This document shows positions 41,232-58,013 of a stretch of DNA of 64,000 bases, piece by piece (position 1 is the stretch's first letter; the number at the start of each line of letters is the position of its first letter). The translations under genes were made by a program, and so were the position numbers. The notes beneath the pieces are model-generated. The model had not been told where the DNA came from and ran no database searches. It saw only the letters and a list, made by a program, of their open reading frames with translations. This stretch comes from Eledone cirrhosa (taxonomy: Eukaryota). The stretch is taken from NCBI GenBank assembly GCA_964016885.1, contig OZ024758.1, positions 19,902,001-19,966,000 of the forward strand, written 5' to 3'.

Positions 41232-42396
41232 GCGTGCGTGGGGTTGTGTGCGCTAGTGAACATGTGTAAGCTTGTATGTAGGTATGTGTATATGTGCGTG
41301 AGAGTGATACATACAAATATTTCTATTTTGCTTCCTGCATGTATGTGCTTGTGTGTGTGTCTGCTTGTGCATCTTAGAATGCAATACCGGCCTGGAAATA
41401 TTCATCTAGATCTTTTTGTATAGACATTTCAAATAATATATTTCGCAGGTAAATTACCTGCTAGAAAGCATGGAGGTTAAAAAGTTAAGAGTTTAGTAAA
41501 TCGTTTCCTGTCACCCACATCAGCTCGTAATATTCATGCCAAAACCACTTTATTTTTGCTGCAAATGAGTAAGAATTTATTTTGATGTTCTCTTATAGGC
41601 TATTATATATTGTCCGACAAGATGAACATCCATCACGACTTGAAAATTTTGCTTTCTTTAATAGGGAAAAATTTGATTTGGGAAACGTTTTAGCTGCCTT
41701 TCCTAAGTAGGAGAACGACCATGTAAAATAAATACATTCAAAGGTATCACATTGACAATGACGAGCGAATGTATATGTCGATATAAAACACACATTAAAC
41801 ATGATCTTTTATATTTTGGGCTGTGCTTTGCTAAATATAATTCTCCAGAGTTCGTTATGTTATATTGAAACGTGTGGTTGTCATTGGACCTAAAATGAAA
41901 CAATATGGGAAGTAACATATCCTGGGACAAGATGATTGAGACAAGGTGAGTGACCTTGTGTGTATGCTGTTAGACAACCAATCCTAAATACTGTTAGCTC
42001 AATTGTAAGAAAGGGAGACTTTTGTACTGTTGCTGAACCTAGATTAGTTCATGTTGCTTCAGTAGAATTCCGTTGAAAGATGAGTAACAGCAGCAGATTG
42101 TGTCAGCTACTCGACGGATGGACTTCACGCTCGAATGGAAGACTAAACATATCAGTCCCCAAACGTGCATTGACTTGAGATGATAACCCAGACTCATGAA
42201 ACTGTTGACAGATCGGGAAAATTAAAACTTTAAATCTAATTCATACGTAATTAGTGTCGTTGTCCTGACTAGGACAAAATAACTGAATGTCCCTTCACCA
42301 GTCTGTAACAATTAATTTGCATGAGTGTGAGTGTGTGTCTGTCAAACATTTATATATATATATAGAATTGATTACACAACAGATAGTTCACCACAC

Positions 42397-42434
42397 CGAG
42401 GACAATTGTTTCACCTTAGCGGATCCTCAGCTCG
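42397..42434 (-). ncRNA. Minimal type I hammerhead ribozyme
   Basis: Minus strand CGAG-CTGAGGA-tCCgctaaGGt-GAAA-CAATTG-TC-CTCG; palindromic stem III ACAATTGT, GUC site; weak stem II. Confidence 0.78.
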
Positions 42435-42455
42435 TAATGTATATATATATATATA

Positions 42456-42677
42456 TATATAAGGAAAAAGAGATGAAATCGAAAATGCAACTGAAGTCTT
42501 TTTTTTTTTTTTAAATATATATATTTATTTGGTTCCTTTACCGGTTTCGCAGTTCTTCTGCTTTTCAAAAGCAGAAGAACTGCGAAACCGGTAAAGGAAC
42601 CAAATAAATATATATATATTTAAAAAAAAAATTAAGACTTCAGTTGCATTTTCGATTTCATCTCTTTTTCTTTATAT
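42456..42677. repeat. Near-perfect palindrome (~110-bp arms, 1-nt centre at 42566)
   Basis: ...GTTTCGCAGTTCTTCTGCTTTT C AAAAGCAGAAGAACTGCGAAAC... Confidence 0.92.
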
Positions 42678-42730
42678 TTTCACTCGTGTAGGATACCTCG
42701 GTTATTTTTCATTTTGTCAAAAAACCTCAC

Positions 42731-42853
<123 letters not shown>

Positions 42854-44015
42854 AGGTACGAACACAAAGTAGCCAATCACCAATTGTTACTGGTTTCGTC
42901 TCTCCCGCCATCCCCTTAACTCGCTTTTATTATATCTTAGTTCTATACTAGTAGTACAAAAAGTAGCAGTAGTAGCAGCAGTAGTGGTAGTGGTAGTAGT
43001 AGTAGTAGCAGTAGTAGCAGTTATAGCTGCAGCTGTATTAGTAGTAATAATTGTAGCATTATTAGTAGTAATAGCAACACTAGTAGTAGTAGTAGTAGTA
43101 AAATAAGTAGCAGTTATAGCTGTAGCTGTATTAGTATTAGTAGTAAGAATTGTAGCATTATTAGTAGTAATAGCAACATTAATAGAAGTAGTATTAGTAG
43201 TAGACTCATCAAATCGTTGACAGCATGGGACAACCTAAAACCCTAAATCTAACTCACACGAAATGAGTCGGTGTCCAAACAGAAAGGAACCAAGCACCAA
43301 CTACAACTGGTTCTGTCTCCCCGCTTTGCCCCTCTCTCCTTTATATTAGCAAATGGGGCCCACGATCTGGCTGACAGCCCTTCTCGTCTGGCAGACTTGA
43401 ATACATTTTAGATACGCAGATGTAGCTGAATAGATCTCAGGATGGAAAGTATCTTATTATCGAACAAACGCTGGACATGTATCCTTGGGGTAGTATGTTC
43501 CCATCAGGATCCAATTTTCCAATCGTACTTACTGGGATCGTGAAATAATAATCAGTTGTTTGTTTGCCTTCGATATTGTAATCGACTATAAAGTCCCTCA
43601 AGAAATTTAGTGTTGTACATAAAGTAAAACCATTATTAATTCTGTAGTTGGGGACAGAATCGATAAAGTGAGATATGTTAGTTTTGTTTTACTTACTTCT
43701 CTCCCGATAACACACGCCAGATTCAACTTTCTTAAATATATATACCTCCCGAAAAATAGGATCGATTAAATCAACGGTACCTTTACTTAATAAAATACGT
43801 TGGCAGCTACTTACTTTAGCAATCATGCTTACACTGAAGTACAACCTTATATTTCGACATTTATAATGATGAGCAGCGGTTGTCAGAAGGAATTGAGTGT
43901 GAAATAAAATAGTTCGTGCGGATTTATGTAGACTGAATAAAATGCATAGCAGAATATAGCATATATATATACTATATATATATATATATATGAGTATGTA
44001 TATATGTATGTGTGT

Positions 44016-44064
<49 letters not shown>

Positions 44065-44624
44065 TATGTGTGTGTGTGTATGTTTGTGTGTGTAGGTGTG
44101 TGTGTGTTAAGTATTTCCGTAGAAAAGTTAAAGGATAAAAGAGTGCTATAAGTATAACATCATCTAACTTCCCAAAACCTTGGGTAATGGAATACTTATA
44201 TAGTGTTATTTATTACATAATTCATGTTTTGTATTGGTTAATATTATTAATTTATATATATATGTCGGTGCCCACGCATGGCCTCACCTAGTCTGTTGGA
44301 ACACAGAAGGGTGTCATAGATTATTACATATATATATTAGGATGCTGTTAAAGGGTGTATACATATTTTTTGATAGAATCTCATAATAGTTTATTTAATA
44401 AATCCACTACTTCGTTCTCAGATAATTTTCACTATACACATTATTTGGAAGTCACTATATTCAACCAAAGATTGTATAAGTTGGTGCAATTTTATACGGC
44501 CCTATATTTGCAAATATGAATGGTTGAATTGCTATTCATATCTTTACGCTCGATAAAATAAGAACGACTCAAGTGTTTCTGGTTTTATGTTCCATGCCAC
44601 TGACATTTCGGATATATGGATGTA

Positions 44625-45830
<1,206 letters not shown>

Positions 45831-46190
45831 ATACTTTAAAAAAAGATACATATATATATACATATATATATATAGGTAGAGAGATAGATACAACGGGAGA
45901 AATAATTCTGAATTGAGATAGGGTGAAAGGGGACTGAAATAAAAAAAAGTTATAATTTGTTAACTCATAGTTGTGTATACCTTGTTTTGATTTAAAATAA
46001 TAATTCGAATTTCAAGAAATATTTAATTTCTGGAAATATATAAACAGCATCAATTGAGATATAATGTTATGCCTCATATGCTTCTTGTGTTTTACGGTGA
46101 ATCGATTGCAAAATGTATCGTTAATTTGTCTACTTGTTATACGTTTGACCGTGTTGAATAATGGAAAATATTCTGAATTATATATATATA

Positions 46191-46320
46191 TAAAATATTA
46201 AAAAAATAATGAATAAAACAATGAAACAGTTCCTTATATTAAACAAAAAATGTTCATTATTTAACGATCGTTTCTAGGACATATATGTGTTAGAATTGGC
46301 ATGCATATTCAAAAGATTTA
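46191..46320 (-). mobile_element. Solo diverged 3' tip of the Naiad-like PLE family
   Basis: Matches 16871-16990 (TTCCTTATATTAAACAAAAAA...TTTAACGATCGTTTCTAG...ATATATGTGTTA); contains only the 3' half of the HHR; TA on both sides. Confidence 0.75.
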
Positions 46321-46403
<83 letters not shown>

Positions 46404-46486
46404 AAGGTAAACATAAATAACCCACGCAATCGGTACAGCATATGGGAGGGATACATTAGGTTAACGCTTGAAACAGCACGAAGGGG

Positions 46487-46522
46487 GTTTTAATGTTTCG
46501 GACGCTCTTCCTTCATCAGAAG
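46487..46522 (-). ncRNA. Degenerate hammerhead-like motif
   Basis: Minus strand TT-CTGATGA-aGGA-agagcg-TCC-GAAA-CAT-TA-AAA; weak stems I/III. Confidence 0.45.
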
Positions 46523-46734
46523 AAATAATGAGAAACAAGTTAGATTGAGAGGATGGGCGGGCTGTAATTGGAATAAAACGACTCTAGTTAAAAAGAACAG
46601 GTCATTTTATGTTGAAATCTCTGGCAAAACTATATATATATATATATTTATATATATTAAAATAACAGATTATAGAGTAATGCTTCGAGCCCTCTTTGGA
46701 TTTTAGTCTTCACATTTATTATTATTACTATATA

Positions 46735-47331
46735 TGATGGCTGACCCCTCGTTATCGAGTATGGTCATTGCACGATATACTAATATTAACAATTATTAAT
46801 CAATTCTATCGTGCAATGCCTGTGCAAGAAGATATGTTTTAAAGTGAGGAAAGACCGTGCACTGAGCAAATCCCACTCTCTGGGCGACAGTAGCTATATA
46901 ACCCGAACAGAAGAAAAGATCAACATCATCAGTAACTACTGAACCGCAGGTTTTATATCGGAGTTATCCCAGTTTCCTGAATTGCCTTCTCCCAGAAGAA
47001 TGCCCTGACAAGGGCTAGGAGTCCTTCACTCCCAGTGTTTTAACCGTGCAATCGGGTGTCCATCCCGACTATTTCTATGTCCCCGCGCATATATATATAT
47101 ACAAATGCACCCATGTATATACACCTATACATATACATACATATGTACATGTGTATATACATATTTGCACACTTCTGGATGGCCGTTGACTCTTATGAGT
47201 TCTTCCGCCATTTGTCATGCAGGGTGTCCAAAATAACCCTCCTCACCAAGAAAACTTGGTGGGGTTGCCGATTTAGTCACCGACGACCCGACCATGCGAC
47301 AGCTTGTACTGGGTTGCATGTTACCAGTAGC
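46735..47331. mobile_element. Probable RTE-type LINE/SINE fragments (46735-47080, 47168-47331)
   Basis: GC-richer blocks between TA runs; TTGTACTGGGTTGCATGTTACCAGTAGC resembles RTE 5' UTRs (recall only, not verified). Confidence 0.3.
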
Positions 47332-47919
47332 ATATATATAAGAGAGAGAGAAAGAAAGATGGGGATAGAAATAGAGAGACAGAGAGAGCGAAAGAGGGTG
47401 TGATGAGATAGCTAAGATAGATCAAACACCATTTATATCTGGTGGTTTCATTTACTAACTTAATTAATCGGGTCAATTCTTATACGATGTATACATATTA
47501 TGTGTGAAATATACCTCTTATACTTACACTCATTTAATAATTTCCCCTTTGCCTTGAAGTGACATGGCCTCTTTCCAAATTAGTATGACCAGTTTGATGC
47601 CTCATGTTTACATTGGAACTTCTATACATATGCAGTGTCTCAAACTTACAAGACATTTTTATGATCTCCAATATTTTTCGGGAATCAATGTATGCTAACA
47701 CTTTTTTGTTTTTCTTATGGCTGTCTTCAATAACTGATCATTTCGCAAACGAAACATCTCGCATCCATAAATTTCCGACGCCATTTCTGATGTTATGATA
47801 ATATTACTGCATTTAATGTAAATATTTAGAATGTTAGTCTCTTGTTTCAACGAAGTTATATATATATATAATCAGAAAATGCGAAGTAGTTTCAGATGTT
47901 AAAGTTCTTTATTGACAAT

Positions 47920-47994
47920 GCTTTGATGCATATTTCAATGACGACAGTGGCCACACGATTCCGTGTACACAGTGCCGTGATATCGTCAGACAGC
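47920..47994 (-). ncRNA. Type I hammerhead ribozyme (family B, diverged copy)
   Basis: Minus strand GCTGT-CTGACGA-...-GAAA-TATGCA-TC-AAAGC; flanks 47875-48030 homologous to 13157-13310. Confidence 0.7.
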
Positions 47995-49718
47995 TTCTTA
48001 TATAATAAGGCTATGTTCCCAAGGCAATCAAGCGCGTGTTCTTGAATCGCCTGCCGGTTATATATATATATATAATTAACGTTGCGCTTTCTACCCCCTT
48101 CCTTCGCCAGAGTTATATATGCCACGCTTGTTAAAGTATTTGAATAGTTAAAAAATGTATATTTTAAGAATTAAATCTACCCTATTTTTACTTACAATAG
48201 AATGGTTGTAATTCGCTAAGACCTTCGGGAATAGAATATTTGTTTATATTTCTTGCTGATATACCGTAAATTTGTGCTCATTCGCCACTTTATGACAATA
48301 CTTAGCAAATAGATACGTTATTCGGATAGCTTGAGTTCATATCACCTGTTGAATAATATGAGATTTTAAAATGAGTCTCGTATGTAAATATTATAATATT
48401 CCAACCCACGTAATATTTCATTGTATTTTATTGTACGAGTCAGCAGTATATACTTGTAGCTCTAATTTGTGCATATATTTCAGCATTTCATTTCCATAGC
48501 AACAGAATATAGAATGTTTGAACTGATCTGTATTACTGTTAGTATTGATAATATCCAAATTGTTTATATACGTTGATAATTCATTACTGAATGGTTTATT
48601 GGTCCGGAACAGAATGACGCTTGTATTTGAGCCCCTAAATAAAAATCAATAAAGCTACCATGCTTGTACAATAATTCCCTCCAATCTTGATTGTCATAAA
48701 GGAAAATGTAATGTTTAAATATTCCTTCTATGACGCAGCAGTCAGGAATCGTTAAACTAATTAGTTTTCATGACATTATCGCATAGTTTTATGTGACGAT
48801 TATTTCATTTCTTTGATATTTTGTTATATCAAAGAAATATGAAGTCTTTCAGCTTGCACATACTGGTGTAACACAGAAATATAAATCTGAGGTGTGAGCA
48901 ATCTATGTTCTATTTTCGTAGTATCATCATATTTCGTTTTGCAGATGAAAACAGGAAATATGTAGCAATGCAGTCAAAAGAAAATTCAAATTTATTATAT
49001 ACTGTTCATTTTATAGACAATTTCAACTAGGCTGAATCATATAAACATATGATATATTAGTCTTTGATATAATGCTGAGTCCTTCATGAACATGTTTTTT
49101 ATATCCTCTTGTTCTTTGTTTTAGAAACTGTATGATCATTATATACGTTTGTATGTATATGTTGCATGATCTATTTTAGAGCGTCGTAAAAAAATATACT
49201 TTGTGAGAGGATGAAGTTACTAAGGGAAGCATTGTCGTAATTATTCATACACTACGCAATATGTCGAAGATTTATTCTGTAATATGTAATACATCTCATT
49301 TTTGCAATGATTTAGTATATCATTCAGAACTATGTATAAGCTTGTATATATAAGGTATATGGATATATAGATGCATCAAAATTGAAATATGCCTTTGGTA
49401 TTAAAATCGTGCTTCAGTAATGAATAACATTTGTAAATCACTTGAACAAAATCTCTGAGGATATCTACTTTTTTCTGGCGTTACAGTCCACAAAAAGTTG
49501 TTTCTATTCAGGATATTTATGTACAAAGCTCACGGTTAGTAATGGGAATTGGGCTACTTAATGAAATGTACCAGTGCCTATGATATTCCATGGTAACAAT
49601 TCCCAGGTAACCTGTATAACATTGAATATATTTATAGCTAAATCAAAATGTCTAAGCTTCTAAGCATACTATTTTTGTCATGTAACAAATGTATTCACAC
49701 TGAATGAAATAACAAAGT

Positions 49719-49798
<80 letters not shown>

Positions 49799-49847
49799 AG
49801 AGGAGATTGGAGAGGCGAGAGAGAGAGAATGGTAGTGAGAGGGAATA

Positions 49848-49945
49848 AGAGAAATAGAGAAGGTTGACGCAGACTATATAGTACATGAACGAAGATGAGA
49901 AATAGAGAAGGTTGACGTAGACTATATAGTACATGAACGAAGATA
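49848..49945. repeat. 48-bp tandem duplication
   Basis: GAGAAATAGAGAAGGTTGACG(C/T)AGACTATATAGTACATGAACGAAGAT x2. Confidence 0.9.
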
Positions 49946-51796
49946 TGATTCTCATACCTTTGTACCTTTGTAACAGTAACATTTTACTTTAATTCTACTT
50001 CTTTTATTTTGCCACATGGGATACACATATGGAAAAGTGCTTGTGACATTTTACAATATCTTTATCTTTTCTCAAATGGTTTATTTCTTTAATACTAAAG
50101 TGTAAATGAAACATTTTAGTCCGACGCAGATGGCGTGCGTTATTAACTCACATATTTCTGTCAAATATCAGTTTTTCATTATCTATTCATTCATTTATTT
50201 CCATTATTACGTGCATTTTAATTTAATAAGTAGTTTTATCATCAAATAATGTATTAATTGTATTGTTTCTTTAGCATCATGCAAATTAAATGTAATATTG
50301 AGTAATATTTTAACAATGGTTTGAATAATATGCACCTAGGATTGCCTTTTTGGTGATGAGTGGCACTTCAGTAAAACGGTTATATATAGGAAGCATGTTA
50401 TATGGGGACTTCAGTCTGATGTCATCTGTTGCATAGGCTTCAGTAATTCATGTATGTTTGGTTATTGTTATGCATGGGAATCTGATGTGGAGTATATTAT
50501 TGAAAAACGGGATTGATATTGTTCTTAATGCCTAGTACTGTATGCATAGTTTAACGACGGTTCACTGTAGGCGTGTCGGTCTAACTTGCTTTAGTTCATG
50601 GATACTGATTTACTGTAGTTTTTATTTTTTTATTTTTCCGATAAGATATTAAACAGATCTGTGGTTTAAAGTTAGATTATCAACTGTTTTGTTTTACGAG
50701 TTCGTTTCTATGGCGTCTCGGCTTGGGCAGTGTCGTCTACAAATGATATATATCTATGAGCAGTAAAACAAAACGGAACAGCAAGCATTCAATGTAAAGA
50801 GATAGAAGGATAGGTAGATAGCAAGAAATAGAGTTAGCGGGAGGGAAAGTGGAATAGCATGATAGTGAGGAAGATAGAGGGAGACAGAAGAAATAGCGGA
50901 TATAGGGAGATAACGAGAGATAATGAGAGATATAGTGGGAGGGGTGGAGATGGAAAAGGGTGAGGGAGATTATGAAATATAGAGTGAGAAAGATAGAGGT
51001 AGAAATAGAAGCCGATAGAGGCAGATTACGAGAGGTGGTGAGAAATATAGTGGGAGGGGATGAAGATGGAAAAGAGTGAGGGAGATTATGAAAAATAGAG
51101 TGAGAAAGATAGAAGGATATAGAGAGAAATGTCAATAGAAAGCGAGATAGTGAGACGCAAACAGACATGATCTTTATTCGAAAAATTATTCAGATATATA
51201 CCTTTGACAGCAAGAATGCTGAAATTCTCAGAAGTAACCTTCGTTCACGTTGTGATACTATAGCTACATGTCTTCCACAGCTCACAATTAGCAAACGAGA
51301 ACACTGAAGCCACCTCAAAAACAGAATATAAAATCCATGCTAAATGATTTTTCACACTTTGTAAAACGTAATATTACAATAATCAATTTCCTTAACTTGT
51401 TAAATTAATTATTCTTATCATTTGTAATTATATAGTGAAGAATTCCTGATATCAACTGTCGTTGTTTTCATAGTTGTTTTCGTTTTCATCTTCATGAGAC
51501 ACCTGGTGAGAGAAATTAATTTCAAATGGAAAATTTGAAATGTTACGTCGATGCACTAAGGGTGGGATCAACAATCGTAGAACGTGTTATTGTGAACTGA
51601 ATTTGGGTACCACAGGTTATAGTTCGGTATATGTGCAAGTTGAATTAGTATGATATGCCATTTAGATACAAATGTGTGAGGTTATATTTGTATATGTATA
51701 CGTGCGTGTGTGTGTGCTTATACATTTGCCCTTGCGTGTGTGTACACATGGTGACCACGTAAAAGCCACGGGGTAGGAAGAGAAAGTACAGTGGTT

Positions 51797-51841
<45 letters not shown>

Positions 51842-51935
51842 TTATATATATTATATTTCACACTTGACATTGGAGAAATAGGGGAAATATATTATCCAAG
51901 AACAACAAGCGTGTGCACATGTGCAGCTCTACACA

Positions 51936-51985
<50 letters not shown>

Positions 51986-52147
51986 ACAGAAAAAACGAGG
52001 AGGTTTCGTTTCCATATGAAAAGTATTTATTGCGTATCGACCTGCTACACGTATTTTTTTTATATACACTCTGTCTGTGCATAGAGTGTTTGATTTGGTA
52101 CCAACAACAGTATTTCACCGAACTACACAGTATATATATATATATAT

Positions 52148-52319
52148 ATTGTTTCTACTTTAGGCACAAGGCCAGCAATTACTGGTACTTTATTTTATCG
52201 ACCCCGTAAGGATGAAAGGCAAAGTTAACCTCGGCGGGATTTGAACTCAGATCGTAAAGGGACGTAACTATGCTGGAAAGCATGGCGTCCGACCCTCTAC
52301 CGATACTGCCAATCCACCG
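52148..52319 (-). mobile_element. SINE family 1
   Basis: Reverse-complement homology to 58014-58198. Confidence 0.85.
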
Positions 52320-52944
52320 TATATATATATTGCCGGTGAGAGAGGTTTCGAAAGGAGGGCCACGTGACATGTCCCCATGCTAAAACAATATTAAATATAT
52401 GTCCACGTATATTACACATCAATGATATCCAACATAATTATCACACCGTTTACATTTTCATAAGTAACATATTTTAACTTTATTCAGTTGACCAAAATGA
52501 ACACCAAATTCCATGCGTGAGTATCCTACACATATATCTTGGACAACCGTTTTAAACGCATTAAAGTAACACCTTTCTAAACTGAAAAGAAAATATATTT
52601 CACATATTTGCTACACACTTTTTACTCACAATCATTTCATGTGGAATATGTCAAAACTATTGGCATTCTTCTTTATGTAAATTCTGCCAGTTTTTATATT
52701 TCACTATTGCATTATGAATGCATTTCAAGACATTATTTATATACTTGCGTCAGCCAAACGTGATTCACTCACAGATTTCACACTGGTCATTTGGTTTCGT
52801 AATTCTTATCACGCTTGCTGTTGACTAGGCAGTGATCCATAATCTGCTTGTCATTAGTTTTCTAATTGTAGAAACATTATTGGGATTTGACAAATATTGT
52901 ATATATATGTGGATATACCTAAGTTAGTATCAGTACATTATATA

Positions 52945-53027
52945 TGCCTTCCATCCTTACAGGGTCGATAACATAAAGTACCAGTAATGCACTGGGTATT
53001 TCCTGGCCTTATGCCAAAAGTAGAAAC

Positions 53028-53031
<4 letters not shown>
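52945..53031 (+). mobile_element. SINE family 1, 3' half
   Basis: Homology to 58014-58198. Confidence 0.75.
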
Positions 53032-53073
<42 letters not shown>

Positions 53074-53280
53074 ATAACGTAGGAAGTGTGGTAAGGAACC
53101 AGATGGACCATAACACACCAGAATACTCAATATTTAGGGTAGTAGAGTGGGGTTAGACATTTTCCCATATATATATGGCTGGGTGAAGGTGTTTGTATGT
53201 ATGTGTGTTTCTACCTTATGAAATATGAAAACCTTATTATATATTTCCGTATATCACCTTATTAAATATCGATATATGTA

Positions 53281-53325
<45 letters not shown>

Positions 53326-53330
<5 letters not shown>

Positions 53331-53836
53331 AATTAAGTTAAAGTGTACATCTATATATGTATACGGATGTATTAGTATGCATATAAATACACATATATAT
53401 ACATATGTACATGTACCGAGCTTTTCACTAGACACTTTACAGTGAGTGTCCAGCTAGTCTGTATGTAAACAGACGAACTGGGTTTTAGAGTCATACGAGT
53501 TTTCAAGGAAACACATTTCCTCTATTCTCCAGAGAGCCAGACAGGAATATTGGACTAGTTTCGATGTTATTACATCTCATCAGCAATATATACCTATCTT
53601 TCCGGCTTCTCTGGAGAATTGTAAAAGCACATATCGTTATATGCTTTTTCTATGAAAAGCAGTAGTGGGCAGACTAAAACCCGGTTCGTCTGTTTACATA
53701 CAGACTAGCTGTACACTTACTGTAAAGTGTCTAGTGAAAAGCTCGGTACATGTACATATGTATACATATGTGTATTTATATGCATACCAATACTTCCGTA
53801 TACATATATAGATGTACACTTTAACTTAATTGTTTA
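53326..53836. repeat. Inverted repeat, 163-bp arms, intact HHR in spacer
   Basis: 53326-53488 vs 53674-53836. Confidence 0.9.
53547..53589 (-). ncRNA. Minimal type I hammerhead ribozyme
   Basis: Minus strand ATATTG-CTGATGA-GATGT-aata-ACATC-GAAA-CTAG-TC-CAATAT; palindromic stem III ACTAGT, GUC site. Confidence 0.88.
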
Positions 53837-54084
53837 AGCGTCAGTCATACAAAAGTGAGTTAGAAGCGAAACGAAATTTTATTTCGTTTCGTTATTCGTT
53901 TTTATATATATACATATATATATAAATAAATTAGAAGACTAAAATCCCAAGAGGGCTCGATTCGAAAAGGATAATATATTTATATACAAAAATATGTAAA
54001 AATTGTACAGCAAATATTTATTAAAATAGCAGATTAAAGTTTAAGCAAAGTATTGCTGCTTTCACCCTTAACGGGATCTTCTGA

Positions 54085-54146
<62 letters not shown>

Positions 54147-56915
54147 CAGTATCTGTACATAAACATTACAGCTTTTATGTGAAACATTGACAACTATCTA
54201 AATACACATTGTTTTATATGTAAAAATCTAAATGCGTGTGCATTTACGTATTTCTTCCTCGAATGAAAATCTATGAGCAGCGTATCCTAAGTTTCTCATC
54301 AGAAATTATCTTCACCCTTGACAATCAATAGAAAAGTTGTAACTAAATTCATTATGCATCCATCATATCTGGCAAATAACTGAATGTGCTAATGTTTATA
54401 TCAATGTGTGATTCAAACAGCGGAGTTATAGTTTGTACATTGGGTGGAATCGCTGCATATGCAATAGAAACCTCCCTTTACTTAAAAATACTACTGTAGA
54501 AATAACCACCAAATCTTTCTGCATTTTGTATTCTTTTAAATATCAGCTTTGAGACTATAACAACGAAACTTACATTTCAAACCTGAATATACCACACTTT
54601 CATGATTATTTTCAGCTTAGACAAAGATACATACTCAAAAACCTTTCTTAGCTGACAAATGCTAAGTTCAACAGCTCATGTCAGTAAATGTTGAATGTCA
54701 TGAACTTTGCAAGGATACGTGTTCCTTACAAACAATATGAAACCAAAGGTTTATTTGTATGACAACGAGTCACATAGTTACAATAATCATCATAATACTT
54801 CCAAAAGGAAATTGCATTTTCTTTATATATAATAAAAAATGTTTTTGCAGTTTAGGAATTAAAGCAAAATAATGAAGTAAACAAAATAATAATATATCAT
54901 TGAATCAATTTTATATACTAATCTTGTTAAAGGAAATTAAATTCTGTCCTTTTATTTTTTATTTTCAAAAATAACAATTTGTACAGAAAATCGAAATAGA
55001 GGATTATGTTTAACTGTACAATATATATGATAGTGTCAACAACATACAAATAACACACATTCAGACACACATATAATCTATTTCTTTAGCTGTGTCTCTC
55101 TTTCTCTTTGTTTCCCAAAAATCTCATTTATTTTTTCCTATCTATCTATCTATCCATCTATCTATCTATAACTCTATTTATTTATCTGTATGTCGATTTA
55201 TTTGTCTATCTATGTAATTATTCATGTATTTAAACTATATATATATATATATATTTATCTAACTATCTGTATATATATATCTATTTATTTATTTATATAT
55301 TTATTAAACTATATATCAATCTATGTATTTATTCTTCTATCTATGTATCTATTTATCTCTCTCAATCTCTACGTATCTATCAATCTATATATCTATTTAT
55401 TTATCTAATTTTATTTCTCGTTGTGTATTCATTTGAATTTAAATCTTAATAGTATATGTATTATATAATATAGGACATTGGGTGTCAGGGCCATGGTGTA
55501 TTGAATTTGTTTGTTTCAGGTTTCTAATATACTTTTCCTCCTAATATGTTCACGATAGGTACGATTCAGTTGACTGTACGTTTATTCCGAAATGCCTTAG
55601 ATGTGTACTTATATATATATATATATATACATATGTGTCCTTGAATGTATGTGTGATTGGGAATTACTGTGTGTACGTGGCCCAATTTTCGGAGAACTCT
55701 AAGGAGGGAGGGACGGGAAGAATATATTGTTCAAAACGTGACCTGAGTTGTAAGCCTGCGACAGTGAAATCCGCTGAAATCTCCCAGTTGCTATGCATTC
55801 CCAAAGCCATAATACATCCTAAAATATACTACAAACATTTCGTCTGACACCATAAGAACCCATCTTTATGAAATGGTACTTCATTCCAGATATCCTCATA
55901 CGATGAAATCTGCAGGACGCAAAGCTAAAAAGCAGAAACCCGGAACAATTATCGCAAATCATGTCGAGTTACCCTCTAATATTTCTGTAAATTCAAAGCC
56001 AGAAATATATGCATCATAGAAATGAAATATCGAAATATATATGATACTATGTACTTACTCATTCCTTATTTTTCTTCGTGTGAGCAGTTAATACCCAAGT
56101 AGTGCAATGGTTTTTCAGACATTCTTAAACGAGATCCACCATTTCTTTTATATTCAGTATTGTGGTAGTAATCGTTCTGTAGAATTACTAAAACTCTACA
56201 CGAATGGTGAATAATGGTTACTAGTAATCATAGTAGCCTGAAGTGGAAAAATTGCCCTACCATTTCAGGGAAACGGAATCCATCTTATTAGAAAATGTCG
56301 CTTCTTTGCACATATCGTTCTACGAGCTTCCTTTCTTTCTATCTGTGTTTCTGTTTCTCACATTCTTCTATAATCTTCACTCTCTTTAACCCACTGCCTT
56401 TTTCTCTTTCGGATTTAACCCCAAATCATTTTCCAGTAAAATAAAATATATATTATTAGAATTCTAATTTAGAATTTCTGCAACAGAGTTTGAATAAAAT
56501 CTCCGTCGTCATACGAAATCGATTCATATACACTTTAATATAGATTGGAAAAATGCCAAAATGCTGCTAAAAATAAGTACAATTTGTTATGTTCACTATT
56601 CGAAAGAAGCTAGATATAATCATGGATATACTGAAACTTATTTAAACCAGATATTTTTTTCAATTACACTTAAATTTTCTCTTTCTAATTGCTGAGATAT
56701 GCTACTATCACTTCACTCGGAAGATAGAATACCACTAAATTTCATTGATCATTTTGATTTGCTAGATATAATTGGAAAACCAATTTCATGCGTATCCGAT
56801 TTCGTATACATGTATAAATATATCAGTGTTATTAACATCCATTGCATTCAAATTAATTACTGGCCTAATTCAGCTGACTGATGACTGGTATGTATTAGAA
56901 TCAACACACACACAC

Positions 56916-56947
<32 letters not shown>

Positions 56948-56979
56948 GTGTGTGTGCGTATGCTTATATATATATATAT

Positions 56980-57595
<616 letters not shown>

Positions 57596-58013
57596 AGATA
57601 GATACTTGAATTAATCTATCTCTCCCTCCATCTCTCTCTCTATGTGTACATATTATATATATATATATATATATAATGAGGGGATATGTTAGTTGTGAAC
57701 ATCCATATATTAGCATAAAATGTTACTTAAATATAATGCATTATCCTACGTTTCATATGTAAAATCTTGCATAGTTGTTAAAAGCAAAACTGACAGAGAT
57801 ATCTTTCGAATATCAGTTATTATCCTTAAGAAATATAAGTGTGTATTAACAATCAATAACAGTTCATATCGATTAACTAACAAATTCATGGACTTTGCCG
57901 GCATAGAAACGTACAAGAATCCAAGAAAACCTAATATCAAGGATATCCAACGAAAATAATTTCATCAGTTCTACCTGAGAGCGCACCACAATTAAACGCC
58001 GTTATATGAAACA

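Noticed and set aside
41703-41930. Minus ORF with cadherin-like NDN..F..I..SGELYL
   Set aside because: Too short; lacks DxD/LDRE/DxNDNxP spacing; no neighbouring cadherin repeats
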